Positions 33,901 through 47,466 of a DNA stretch of 64,000 nucleotides are shown one piece after another. Source of the stretch: Gonapodya sp. JEL0774 (taxonomy: Eukaryota); the NCBI GenBank assembly GCA_027604505.1, contig JADIIX010000078.1, forward strand, positions 1 through 64,000, in the 5' to 3' direction. Numbering within the stretch: position 1 is the first letter of the stretch; every line of letters begins with the position of its first letter. A program made the position numbers and the translations under genes. The notes beneath the pieces were generated by a model. That model was not told the origin of the DNA. It was given only the letters and a program-made list of their open reading frames with translations, and did no database searches.

Positions 33901-36900
33901 CAACTGGACATGGTAACTGACAGGCTAGCCGCTGTGACGTCGGAACTCACACACATTAAGTCGACCCTACAGGCTCAAAGTGCTGATATGGAGGCACGTG
34001 AATCAGAGGTTTTGAGCTTGCAAAATCAGTTGCATTTACGTCACCTTGATTCAGTCAAGCGTGACGAGGAGGCTAAGGACGCTGCCGAACAAATTAGCAA
34101 GCTGCTACTCACCAACCAGGAACTCAAAACTCAAATGGAGGAAAACGCACTTGAAGCTTCGGAGTGTCTGGCGCAACAATTATTGCAGGAAGGTGTGATT
34201 GCTGACAACAATCGCCTGATCTCGGATCTGAGTGAGCAGATGGTACAGCTGAAGACGGATAACGCTGTGGTGGAGGAGCAGTTAACGAAATCCCTCAATG
34301 CAAAAGTAGAGGAAGCAGAGTATCTACGAAGTGCCCACGCAAAATTGGAGACTTCTTTCCAGGATCTAAAAGTGACCAACGTAGAAACGACGCGATCATT
34401 CACCCACCAGTTGCACCTACTCCAGACTGCAAATGAGCAATTGCAATCGGAAGTGGAGGGTGCACGTGCTCAACTGGAACAAGCACAGCGCTCCAAGGAA
34501 GATTTGCACTCCGCGTTGGCTATGACAAGCGAATCATTGGAACAGATGCAAGAAGTCAAAGTGCAAGTATGTTCAGAATTGGCGGGTACTCGTGGGGCTC
34601 TGGAGCTTGTGCAGAATACAAACGAAGATTTGAAATCAGAGCTAGCGAGTAGTCGGGAATCTTTGAAGCGGGAGCAAGGCGCGAACGAACAATTGAAGTT
34701 CGAAGTGGAAAGTACTCGAGAAACCTTGGAGCAGACACGGCGTGCGAAGGAACAGTTAGAATTGGAACTGGATAGTACTCAGAGAGTTTTGGAAAAGGTT
34801 CGCCGTGCGAACGAGGAAATGACTCCTCAAACACTGCGGTTGGAACAAGTGGAAGAAAACTGTATGCGCTCAGAAAATGCTTTGATGTCTGCGGAGGCAA
34901 CAATCAGAATCCTCAAGGAAGAATTGGAGATGAAATCAAGAGATTTACAACAGCTGACGAACGGGCTCGAAGAGAAAATTCAAGAAAAGTTAGCGCTGGA
35001 AGCATCACTTGAGTCTCTCCGACTGGTCAATGCTCAATTGTCGATCGATCTGAGCGCAACAGTAGAAAACGTAGCGAAACTTCGTTCTCAAGTTCGTGCC
35101 CTTGAGATCGAGGCACATCATTGGGAGCTGAGAGTTGAAAGTTCTGAAGCAAGTTTTGAAGAGGTGGAGAGGAAACTTGCAGAATCTGAAGCTGGGAGAC
35201 ATGTTGCTTTGGCCAATGCTCAAACCGTCGGCGAGAAGCTTGCTGATTCTCGCAGGAGAGTGGAAGAACTTGAGATTTCTCTCACGAATCTTCGAGAGGA
35301 TTACTCCGCGCGTTCCAGTTCAGTCCATCAAGATCTTCTCGAGCTCGAGCAGCAGTGCCACACATTGGAGATCCAAGTAAGGAATTCTTTATTTCCAGCA
35401 TACTGCCTTACTCGTTCCACATAAGTATTTTCGCTCCCAGGAAGAAAAATTAACCAGAGAGAACTCGGACTTGTCTAACGCGCGTGACTCCCTGGCCGCT
35501 AAGCTCGAGATCACCCTTACACACTTGCACGAGGCTCATTTGGAAAAAGCTAGGGTGCTCTCAACATTGGAGGACAAGGTGAGTCGAGCACATGTGGCGG
35601 AGCCATTGGTGGTCGTCCGTTATCAACCGCACCAAATTGGCAGGAACTGGAGATTGGAGCACTCCAATCGAGGGTAACCATTTTAGAATCCAGCTCTTCT
35701 ACGTCCAACGAAGCGGCTCTTCAGGCGATAAGTAGTTTGGAAACCGACAAACGCAAGCTGGTCGTTGAACTACAGGAGGTTGGTCCGATAAAGTCCAGAA
35801 TTCTTGCAAACTAATGCCGAAGACACTTCCGTGACACCAGGTACACTCAACAGTCTGTGAGCTCGAGAAAGCAAATGCTAGTTTGGAGCAGCGTATCGAT
35901 GAGCTCGAGGAGGATGCGAAGGCTCACGTTGATCGTGAGGTAAGCGAGAGCATATTTCAGGACTTGTACCCAGTCTTTCAAGGACACCAAGGATGTCTAA
36001 AAACTTGCAGGAGGCACTTATTCAATCAAGATCTTCCCTACAAAGTCAAATTCGAAATTTACTGGAAGCTGGCCAATCCTCCCAAGCTGAACTCCATGGA
36101 ATGAAAATGGAGTGCCAATTGCTCTGCGAAAAAATTGCGGACAAGGAATTGGAAAATAAGGTGCGCAGCAATGTGTACTGCTACGAGATCATTCTGAGCT
36201 CTTGCTTTTTCTGCATCACAGGAGTGGCAATCGAAACTTCACACTGTTGAGCAACAGTGTCTCCAAATCGCGGAGAAACTTGACCACAACAACACAATGC
36301 TTCTACATTCCGAGGAGGAAAAACGACAACTCTTGGTGAGCAATGATGTAGAATGAATTGCATCCGTCCAACAGTTCATTTTCTTCCGTATTAAGGATGT
36401 GCTTGGAGACACTCAATTACAATTCGAAACCATCAAAGTTACGCACGAGGATCTTCTTAGAGAGCACGACAAACTAAAGGCGGAGTGAGAAATACGTCTG
36501 CTAAGTTGCTTCATCTGCCTTGTTGCTAAAGCAGAGTTTTGCGCTTACAGAATTCACCGAGTCCGCCAATCCAATGAACAGATGATCAGTGCCCAAACCG
36601 TTTTGGTGAGACGTCCGCAAAGTTGATGTTCACCTCGCGTACTAATCCACTTCGTTTGGCTCAAGAGTCAAACGAATGAATCACTTGAACACCAGAATCA
36701 AACCTTAGCTGAAAACTTAAGATGTTTGCAGCTCCAAATTGCAGAAATGGAGACCGCGCGGCAATCTGCAGAGGTGAGTTACAAAATGATTGTCGTAGTA
36801 TGTATACATCTCCTGAAGTTATCATAATGTTTGCGTATTCAGAAAAATGTCCAAGACTCACAACAACGGGTTACTTCACTCGAGCGCGATTTCGAGCAAG

Positions 36901-39007
36901 GCCGAACTATGTACTTTGCACTTCAAGGGGATCAGAAGCGCACGATTGAGGCTCTGGAGTCGACGCGAGAGGATTTGGAGAGATTGAGCGATCAATTGGA
37001 TTCAACTCGAAGTCAGCTTGAAATGGAGAGGAGGAAGACTTCCGACGAAAAGAGCGAAACGAACCGTCTTCGCCTAGGTGAGAACGACACTTCACTTCAA
37101 AGTCTTCAGCTTGTGAATGCGCCTCTCCCTGTCCAAAAGAGCTTGAGAAGGAAAACTCCCTAGTTGGTGGTTGCAAATCTGATGTTTGTCGGATTGCATG
37201 TATCATTAATCCAAAATTCTCGATCTTGTACTTCAAAAGTTTGGTGAACTACAGGAGGTACAGAGCCGCATCTTATGTGAATCGCGCTAGTTTTGTTGAC
37301 TCATGGCAATCTTTTCACGAACCAGTTGCACGTCAATACCATTGAAGATCGGTCTCGCTTGATAGCCAGATGCGAAGCGCTGTTATCCGAAATCACTGCT
37401 CTAGAGCAGCAACATCAAGCCACAATTGAAGAGTCCCTCGAAATTGACGAAAAATCAGCAAAAGAAATAGAGCGGCTCAACGCTGGTGGGTGTTGTATTG
37501 CACAAAGTATCAATGAAGCACCTCAAATTCACCATCATCTGATTTAATCCGCTTAGTCGTACAGAATCTTCGAGAGGAGAATGAACGTCTTAATCGAACC
37601 GTCCTGGAAATGGAGGATTTAATGAAGCAGATGAATAACAAAATTGAGGTGAATGATACAAAGGTTTTACACATTGGTTTTTGAGTAATGAACGACTCTT
37701 CTCCTCCAGTCACTAGAGGAAGAGAACCGTTCCTGCCATTCGACTATGGCTGAAAAGTATGAGCAATTTAACTCACAAGAAACGACACTGCGGCAAGTAA
37801 TGGAGCAAGAGCAATCAAACTGCTCTGCTGAAAGGATCAGCTGGGCCAAAACTCGCCAGGATCTTGAAAGCAAAATAAATGAGCTGACGCACCAGGTACA
37901 CTACACTACACCTCAAGCGTGAAGCACTGTGCGGGTTTTCTCATTGTCGCGGTTTCCTTTTCTATAGTTGTTTGAAGGGGAGGAAGCAATGATGGCGCTT
38001 GAATTGACCACGGACAAGAAAGTTGACGAGATGCGCGCTAGTAACGAGGAGCTTACAAGAAGACTCGAGCTGATTACTGCACGAGAAAAGCTTGCCGTGG
38101 AGACTGCTAGAAAGTTTGAAGGCAGGCACAGCATTTCAATCGATGAATTCTCAAAATTGAAAGCACAAGACGAGTCGCGGTGGAGGGAGGAGTTAACGAG
38201 ACAAATGAACAAAGTTAAAATGCTCAAGCTTCAAGTCGCTGCTATGGAAGAAAAGCTAACGGGGAAAGAAACGTGAGAGTTCCCACTGCAGTAATCTTTG
38301 AATTACTAGTGATTATCGAAGAGTTTACAGGACAAACCTCTCGGAGCAACAGAGGAGACCACAGGCGGAGTTCCTACGCCCGCGAGCTGAAAACTCCGTG
38401 AGTTGACGAAAGAGTTCGGTAGATCAACTTCTGACTGTTTCTCACCCCACTGAAGCCTCAAAGGGTCCACGGATCCCCTCGATCGGGATCACGGGTTGAA
38501 GTTGATGCACTTCATAGACAGTTACAGAATCTTGAGGCGGCGAAAGATTCCGGTGTGTAACCTTTTCATCGCCCAAGGTGCGACATAGCTGACAATCTTT
38601 CTTCCCCTTTAATATCAGAACTAGCCACTCTTCGTGCTGAAGTCTCAAATTTGAAGGCGGCAAATCGGCGACTTCTGAATGAACAAGAAGAGTCGAAAGT
38701 ACTCAACAAGCCACGCGAGGTGAGTGCTACTGCATGGTGCAACAACTCTCGAAATGCAACTCTAGCCCGTTCTCCGGAACAGATGACAGGAAAAGATACA
38801 TCAAATAGTCTGCACAGTGAAGTAATCTCCTCAGAGCGTCAGCATCATTCGCAGAACTCCATTTCTTTATCTTTGGAGAAGGAGAATGCGCCACAGCAGA
38901 GTTCTGTTGGTAAGAGCAAGCGCACCCAGGAGAGAGCACCACGTCATCAACGCACCTCAAAGATACCCAAAAAGGACACGGAAGAGCCTGAATGTACAAC
39001 GCAGTGA
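30923..39007 (+). CDS. Kinesin-7 / CENP-E-like motor with a very long coiled coil (many exons)
   Basis: Motor motifs [36 protein letters not shown] and [18 protein letters not shown] motif after the neck; kilobases of heptad-rich sequence; C-terminus PECTTQ*. Confidence 0.88.
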
Positions 39008-39030
39008 TGTAGACAAGTTACTACTCGTCA

Positions 39031-42000
39031 TTACCCTTGCAGAAACAACCACCGCCCTTTACAAATTACCGCCTCCTTACGCACTAACTTTTTGGGATCG
39101 TCTAAGCAGATATCTAATTGTTTAACTACCCGATTTATTTGTGGATGAAGAATATCGTATCGAAGAGATACCGGCATTTTCGCCAGACAGCGCAGAGCAC
39201 CAGTTCGAACACTCTGTAATTCAAAAAAAAAAAAAAAAAAAAATATGATTTACATGATAAATAGCGAGAGAACAGGCTGCACCAAACGCACCACTGAGCT
39301 TTGAGGTTTGCGACCATCACTGAGGTCCAGTAGAACAGGGACTAGACTAGATACATGATGTGTAATCATATCGGGAGCATCTGAAACCAAGAGGCTAAAC
39401 ACGTCAACCACCGAGGCTTGGAGTTTCTGATCGCCGTAAGAAAGTGACTGGAACAGTATTGGAAGAAGCTAACGATAGAACTGCTCAATCAGACAATTGC
39501 CTGACTGGGGTCTGCATAACTTGTGCTTACGCGGGTTAAGTCTGCTGTTACGACGTGCTTCGGAGCGGCTACAACGAGTGTCGAGAGAGTCACAAGATAA
39601 TTATGTTTGCAGCTTTCTTGGGGATTAACGAGTCGTAAGTCACGGACCACCTTTGTAAATGAAACCTAACACGTTGACTCACCCTTAAGAGAGGATTTTA
39701 TTCTTTCCGTGATTAGCGGTAATGAAGTGGAAAAGAGCTTTTGCTTGTAAAGCCGCTGATACGAGAGTTCAAACGACTATGTACAACAAAGGAAGGACTC
39801 AAACATGCCTACTTGCCTTTATGACAGCTGAGCTGTCTTTCGATATGACGTCATCGAAGTCATTCAATAACGTGCCAAAAGCTACCATGGCGAGGGTCGA
39901 ATGGCTTTCGCTGCCAATGAGATCCAACAATTTTGCTGCCATATTCATGCCCAACTGAGATGATTTGACAACCAAGGCCCGCGCAAGCTGTCAAAACAGA
40001 ACGGATAAGTCGTCAGCTCCGATCAATACAGGCGGCTACATATACTCACCCATGTGTACACGACCAACGCTCGTAACGGGATTTGATTGATTCCGTCAAG
40101 CATATGTTCTAGTTTTAGGCGGATACTTGAAACACTGGCGGACAATTGGCCGTCTGCAAGTTTGGTGACTACTTGGATACAGTCTTGGGAACACAGATGT
40201 TCTCGCTCACCAAGATCCCATTTATTAACAATAACTGCAGCGATCTTCGCTATAACTGCACAGTGACGAAGCGAACTAGTTGCTAGTGCCTCGGAGACCA
40301 GGGAGTTAAGAAACACGGTTGTCGACGCCACCGGTAAAGCATGATTGGATGGGAGAGCTGAAACGGTCGCTAAGAAGATTGGCGCAAGTGATGCAGCACT
40401 CTCAGACGCGTCTCCCTGGATCAGATAGGTGTTCGATTGCTGTTTACACAAAGTAGACAACTCTAATTCCTCACCGTTAATGGATGAAATGCGGCGGCAT
40501 CTCCGCTGCTGTCCTTTATGAAGGACGCTGTATCTGATTCCACGAAAGCTGCGAACAATCGTCGCGTAAGATGTTCAGAGGATCTGTACTTACATGCATT
40601 ACAGAACACGTCCGATAGAAACAATGTTCTTTGGGACTCACTCGTTGGTGCTTCGCCGAATAGCCGTTGCTACCACATTTGCCACATTCTCCACGATCTC
40701 CCTATCCAACAAGACTTCGTGATCGGATGACCGTCCGGTTGTAACAATGGCTGCACCAATGGTTGATTCTAAAAGAGGCTCCGAGACTTTGGAGATGAGT
40801 ATGTCACTGACGGGGACTTGGGATTCGGATTCGGATGGTGTGGCAATCTCAAACTGAAGACGTCTTTGTATCAGGCTTTGGACGGTACCGATGACTGCAA
40901 GCAATGGCCCGGAGGCGGTTCCTGTTGAACTCGGATTCGAAGCAAGTCCCGAAACAAGATCAAAGAACAGAGAGATGAGTTGAGGCAGCACAGTGTTGGT
41001 CAAGGATCCTGATTCTGTTGATATGGCCTCTATCGAAGCGAGGATTCTAACAAATCGTTCGGGTATTGCGACACATGCTAAATGGCGGAAGAAGCGATTA
41101 CCAAAATGCCACAGACCTTCACACACAGTGGACGATAACTCACCCCGTGCCTCAGTGAAGAGAAGTGGCGTTGACTCCTGCATGATTAAAGACGGAAGGC
41201 ATCTTCCGACTTCTGCGAGACACTCAAGAGCAGCCTCTGCGACGGATTCCTCGTTATCGTGGACAAGTGACTGATTCAGAAGTTGGATGACCTCAACTTG
41301 TTCAGCAGTAGAGAGTAAGTCTCTAGAGAGTTCCAATTCCATAATACCATGTAGGCCTGTCACGCGAAGGGTGGCGGGGTTGGACATGTGGATCGCTGAA
41401 GTGAATGTCTCGCGCAACTGATCCTTGTGTGGCGAGAACGGAGTAACAACATAATCGGCTTCTTCTAGGTGAAAATAAATAGTCCAACTCTACACAAGCC
41501 TTCTGATCGTGTTGGCCAAAGGTCTCTCACCATCTTCAAGCAACGTGGGGGCGCATGTGCCGTAAAGATCACGCGCACCCGACATCAATTCAACCAAACG
41601 ATCCAGCGCAGCATTCTTCACTGACTTTGGTATATCTCCGTCCAATTGTTTGAGAAGTTGTGGAACGGTGGCACGAACGACTTCATTGCAGGCGGGATCC
41701 GAGGCAGCGACGCTTGAGCGCAGAATCTTGCCCCCAATGCGGGCGAGCTTCGATTCAGGTTCCTTTAGGTACTCAAGACAATCCTTCAGTACTTCCTTGA
41801 TAAACAGAACGAACATCTCTTCCCCTTTGGATGTGGAAGACGATAATCCCGTGGAGAAAGCTTTCGTGATGGAACGAAGGAACTGGAGGATGTCTCGTTC
41901 TTCCACGGAATCGTTTTGGGATTTCAAAATCTGAGTAACGAAAGTATGTTGATATGGGCCGTATTTGATAATTAGGGCCATTTGGGGATCGAATGCCGCA

Positions 42001-43369
42001 ACGCACGTCTTCCTTTACAATGCTCCAAATCGTCGAAATATGGGGTTTGAAAGTTCGAGGACCATAAGTCAGGGCGCTTGCTGTTAAAACATCCATGGCA
42101 TCTTTCTATGAAGGGCGAGGTACGGTACTTCATGTGTCCAACATTTCAAACTGGAGCTCAGTGGTTTCTGCCCCACCTTCGCCGTCTGGTTAGAGCTCGC
42201 AAGTTTCTCTAACAATGCTGGCAAGGCAAACTCGGCGATGGCCGGCGAAGCGATCAGAGCATCTCGCAAACCGGTGCGCAGATCCTCGGTTGTGATACCA
42301 TGAGGATCACCTGGAGGTGGTTTGAACGTAATCGGAAAGTACGCGAACAAGACGTTGCAAATATCCTGACGAGTCATTAGATAATTCAAATGTGAACCTT
42401 AAATCCTCAGAAGGGGGGTCACAAGCAAGGTCTTACTTCTGCGTTGTCTCCGATGTCAAACTCGGCGAGAATCGTTTGAACGATACGAAATGCGATAACA
42501 AGGTTTCTTGGATCCTTCTCCCCATCCATAGCCTGAATATAAGCGGACACAAACACTGCTCCATCTGCCTGGAGCTCTGGTCAGGAGAAAGTGGGACACG
42601 GTGTCGAGTAATGTGGTCATTGAAATTAAAGTGAGGCCACTCACTATCACGACACTTCTCCATCAGGCCATCAATGATACGATAAATGTTATTCCGAACA
42701 GACTGTTGATATGTCTGAAGATTAATTTCATCAAAAATCCTGTGTTTTTGAAGGTGACACAGTGAGCGCGCAACATGTTGAATCTGAAAACGATTAACCG
42801 CACTTCATGGCAATGGAGGCAGCCTCAGTCTTTGTCAAGCGATCAGTGTTTAAGAGAGCAAGCAGTCCCTTGGCAAGTTCACCAACGCTTGGCTGGTCAT
42901 GTAATCGCTCCAAGAAGAAATTGAGAAGCACGGATGCTGCCCATCCCCAAGTCACCACAGGAGCTAGAACTAAGTAAAAAAAGGCCACTCCTACCAGAGC
43001 TGATTGGAACACGTGATGAGGGGATTCTGGCTAGCACGTCAGACATCAATTCGATTCCTGTGACAGATCGTCACCTTCAGAAAGACATAACACATTCGAA
43101 AAACCACATATAAAATCACCTTTCGCTCTCTCAAAAGGTTCGTCACTTGTTAACACCCCGCCAAGCGCCTCGACGACGTTCAGAAGTGATGCCTGGTCCA
43201 TCTCTATCTCTGTTCGTACGGATAAGGTGAAGATGTGTTGGAACAAAATTGCAAGGAGATCCAACGCACTTTGCACGATGCTCGCCACAATATCTCCCGT
43301 CGTGTCATCTCGCATCGTATCTCCGCCATCGATGAAGGCATCCACAAGCGTTTGCAGCGGGTTTGGCAT
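39031..43369 (-). CDS. MMS19: Cytosolic Fe-S assembly targeting factor Mms19/Met18 (HEAT repeats)
   Basis: MDGEKDPRNL, YFPITFKPPPGDPHGIT, LYKQK and C-terminal LDDPKKLVRKEA...RW. Confidence 0.92.
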
Positions 43370-43470
43370 GTGATTGTGAAATCGAAACCACCTGACCTGC
43401 TCATGGAGTCTTCTCAACGGAACTGCGGTCATCGTCCAGCGTCGGGCGTTATCGATTTCAATTGGAACTC

Positions 43471-44085
43471 ATGGCATTAAACACGCAAGCGCAGCAGGCT
43501 CAGAAGTATCTGGAGGTTTGTCTCAGTCGATCGTGCCGTCCGTCGGGTGTAAAGTTCACGATGTAATTCCGTGCCGTAATCTCATCTGGGTTGCTCTCAT
43601 CGAATGCAGGAGCACAAGATTTCGGAGCTCTTCCAGCAACTAACTGCGGCCCTTTTATTCTACAAGCCGGATGACCCAAAGGATTTTATTCTCAAACAGC
43701 TTGAAACTCTCAGAACTTCAAGAGTGAGATTTGTCTGCGCTTTCAACACACAACTTATGGCCAACGATTATCGCTTTCGGCTAGAAATCCAATCTTCCAT
43801 TCTTTACACGTGACGACCTACATGCAATATTTCGCACTTTTGATGCAACAGATCGTGGCTACATAACGTTAGCGCAGTTTCGAGAGGGTAGGTGCACACC
43901 GCTCAACGCGGATATTACACATAGTTTCGCATTTGCTACGCATTCGAATAAGCACGTCTCTCTTAGCGATGCGGATTATTGGCACGGGAGCCGTCGCGAA
44001 TCCCAATCCGAAAGGAGGCACAGAGAATCGAATTGAAGTTGCAGTGTTCATAGAGGAAGCATTGTATGCCCTGCCGAAGGCTTAA
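43471..44085 (+). CDS. EFCAB10: EF-hand calcium-binding domain protein 10-like (RIIa-type D/D domain plus EF-hand)
   Basis: QAQKYLE/EHKISELFQQLTAALLFYKPDDPKDFI...LPFFTRDDLHAIFRTFDATDRGYITLAQFREA resembles the EFCAB10 family. Confidence 0.78.
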
Positions 44086-44175
44086 TGTAGCAAGAACGAA
44101 GGTGGTGATTTTGTATTCTTCCGTGTGACATGAAAATTGTGTATGCAGTTTTCCATCACGCTCCCAACATCCAAC

Positions 44176-47100
44176 ATGGCGTTCAATTCGGTAGGCTCTG
44201 ATGGATTCGAGCCTGCGTTTTGAATGTGCATGAAGCCAATTTGATCGTGTTCTTCCTCCCTCAAACATTCCCAGAATGGTGGTCCGCCGGTGGGTTTGTC
44301 GGTTCAGGTGTGCGCAGCGCGCAGCTTTCCTCATGCTCAAAAGCTGAGCGCTTTTCCCAGGGTCCACCACCAATAGGCGGACCTCTTGCGTGGGGTGTCG
44401 TTCCTAACGGCCCCTCTGGATTCGGAGGACCACCGCGTGGCCCATCCATGCAACAGGTTGGTGGTTGAAACGGCGGTCTTTTCAGCCGGCTTGAATTCCG
44501 AGAGAGCTCGCAGACGAAGGGTTCAAGGAACCGTTTTCTTGTGGATCCAGAAGCTTTTTATCACTGGGCCGATGTTGATTGGGGTACTTACAGTGGACAG
44601 GGTACTAAAAAGAAATCGGTTGAGTTCGATTCGTTGACAGAAGTTGTCATATGCACACATCAAAGTTAACCGTATTTGCTACTTGGCACTGCTCTGGAAT
44701 GGTGGCAAAGAACTGGAGGAGTGGGGTGACGTGTAACGTTGGGCCAGGAGACTTTCGGACACCAACTCATGGACTGGGGTACTGCGGTGACTGCAGATTC
44801 GCTGCGATTTTGCTCTGACACGTGCATTTCGTCACATTCTGCTTTTTCAATTGTCTCGCTTTTCCGGAACGATTGCAAACGCTTTACTGACACCCAAAAA
44901 CTGGCATAGGTTCAATGGACGGCACATCAGACTACAGACGGGCGAACAGTAAGTAGGAGTAAAGCCGAATATACTCGCCATCTTCATGGGCATCGTCTCC
45001 CCGTTTAGTATTACTACAATGCCGCAACCAAAGCTACCACTTGGGATAAACCCGATGAGCTGAAAAACCCCCTCGAGGTAAATTTCTGCTACTCCCCAAA
45101 TGGTACACTCTTTTAAGTAGCGAGCGTTGCCTCTTAGCGAGCGCTCGCGACCCTTCCTTGGAAAGAATATACCGACAAGGGATCGGGTCGAAAGGTGATT
45201 CATCTTTTCTGCGCGTTGTGTAATTGTTTTGCCTTCACCTCCAGTTGATGATTTTAATCCTTCAATACTAGTATTACTCCAATACTCAAACAAAGCAAAC
45301 CATATGGGAGATGCCACCCGAATGGAAACAAATGGTGGAGCGTTATGAGAGAGGGGAAAGTCCACTGTGAGGGCAAATAGTACTTTAGCTTTTTGAGTGT
45401 TCAGTTTCATCGCTGACACGGTACTGCTTATGCTGCCAGTGACGCAGCCGATGGCGAGGGTCCGCACGGAGCCGGCCAGCAAGTCGTCGTCGACTTCCGC
45501 ACGAAAGAGGAGGCGGAAGAGGCATTTATGAAGCTGTTGGCCGAAACGGTACGTCGATAGTATTTTAGCTGTGAAGATAGAGTTGACACTGAGTTTCGCA
45601 GGGTGTTGATGCCAATTGGTCGTGGGAACAAACAATGAGAGCGGTGATCAGTCATCCAATGTATCGGGCCCTCAAATCCCTTTCTGAACGAAAGACGGCT
45701 TATGAGAAATATGTCGCAGAAAAGAGGAGACAGGAAAGGGTGAGCTTCGCTCATCTATTGATTCAGCGGCGTATGGAAGCGTGAGCGCTTGTTGCCCAAC
45801 TACAGGAGGAGCAAAGAAAGAAGTATATGCGTGATCGAGCAGAGTTTTTGAAGATGCTCGGTGATCATGAGGATATAAAGCCATCCACGAAGTGGCGGAA
45901 GGTGGTTGAGATTCTCAAGGATCATCCAGCTTTCACCGTGATTCCTGGGGAAAAGGAAAGAGAACAGCTGTTTGAGGAATGGGTTTTGGAGACAAGAAAC
46001 AAGGAAAAGGCAAGTTTCTCCTGGATTTGTTGCGTTGCGGTTTTTCCTGACTATATCGTGACCGCAGGACGAATTTAGGCAGCGTCGAAAAGTCAACATG
46101 GGGAAGTTCCGGAATCTTTTAAAATCGATACCACAGATCGATCGATTTACTCGGTGGAAGGATGCACAGCAATTCTACAAGTCAACGCCAGAATATCAGA
46201 ACGATGCTGCTCTGCAGGCTATGGATGCGCTTGACTTCTTGTCTGTCTTCGAGGAGCACATCAAGCAGTTGGAAAACGACTACGAAGAAGCCCGTAACCG
46301 TGACCAAAGACTAAAGCGTCGACAGGAACGTAAGAACAGAGAGGCCTTTTGGGCCTTCCTCTCAGAGCTGGTTGAACGGGGCATCCTGACGTCGACCACT
46401 AAATGGAAGCAAATTTACCCAATTGTGAAGGACGATTCTCGCTACATGGCAATGCTTGGACAACCTGGATCCAGTCCACTCGAGATGTTCTGGGATGTGC
46501 TCACAGACATGGAAGAAAGGTCGCAGGGTGAAAGGAAACTCGTGTCCGAGATCATGCGGGAGCGAAATATTACCGTCACTCCGGAGACTTCTTTTCCGCT
46601 GTTTCTCGCTCAGTTTTCAGACGAACGTGTTACCAGCGTAGATAAAAATACATTGCGGAAGGTCTACGAAGAGGTGAGTTGTCACTGCTCAACTTGATAA
46701 TCCTTGTGGATTTGTAACAATAATCTGCCGTCAGCAACTGGAGCGCGCAATTCATCGGATTAAAGAAGATAAGCGCAAAGAAGAGAGGAGGATCAGGAAA
46801 CGCATGGATTACTTTAAAGCCCTTCTCAAAAAGGTTGATCCTCCCCTCAGTGGTGAATCAGTCTGGGAGGATGTGAGAAAACGTGCACCCGTTTCACTAA
46901 ATTGTTTTTCAGTAAGTACTGTTTCTAAATTGTAGGTGCGACCCCTCATCGAAGACAAGCGTGATTTCTTGGACCTAACCGAAGAACAAAGGATTGAGGT
47001 ATTCGATTATGTTGTCAAAAAGTTGCGGAAGAAAGAGGGAGGAAGGGGCGGTGGTGGCGACGACAGTGATGAAGAGGAAGATGAACGCGAAGAGGAACGA

Positions 47101-47460
47101 AGGAGACGGGACGGTCGGGACCGGGACCGCAAAGATCGTGACCGGGAGCGTGAGCGCGAAAGAGATCGGGATCGCTCCAGGAGGGACGACGATAGAGATC
47201 GTGAGAGGGACAGGGACAAAATCGATCGTCGTGACCGGAGCCGAGATCGCGAACGAGAAGCCCGTGAGAAAAAGCTTCGCCATGAGCGCCCCAGGAGAGA
47301 CAGGAGCGCAACTGGAAGTGATGATGATCACGATCGGAAGCGAAGGAAGAAGGTATGGTTGTTAGCGTCATTCACTGCTGATGTTTCTCTTTCTCAACTT
47401 CACCCGTTACATCGCTGGGTGGGTTTCCAGGACGATGAGATGGAGGAGGGAGAGATTTAA
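44176..47460 (+). CDS. PRP40: U1 snRNP-associated Prp40 (2 WW domains, FF domains, RD/RE-rich tail)
   Basis: WW: WTAHQTTDGRT/YYYNAATKATTWDKP and WKEY.../YYSNTQTKQTIWEMP; FF repeats; LGQPGSSPLEMFWD; ends EMEEGEI*. The 5' exons are less certain. Confidence 0.92.
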
Positions 47461-47466
47461 ATGTAT

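Noticed and set aside
39223..39243. Poly(A) tail of a retroposed element
   Set aside because: On the minus strand it is the poly(T) polypyrimidine tract of the last MMS19 intron; no TSD.
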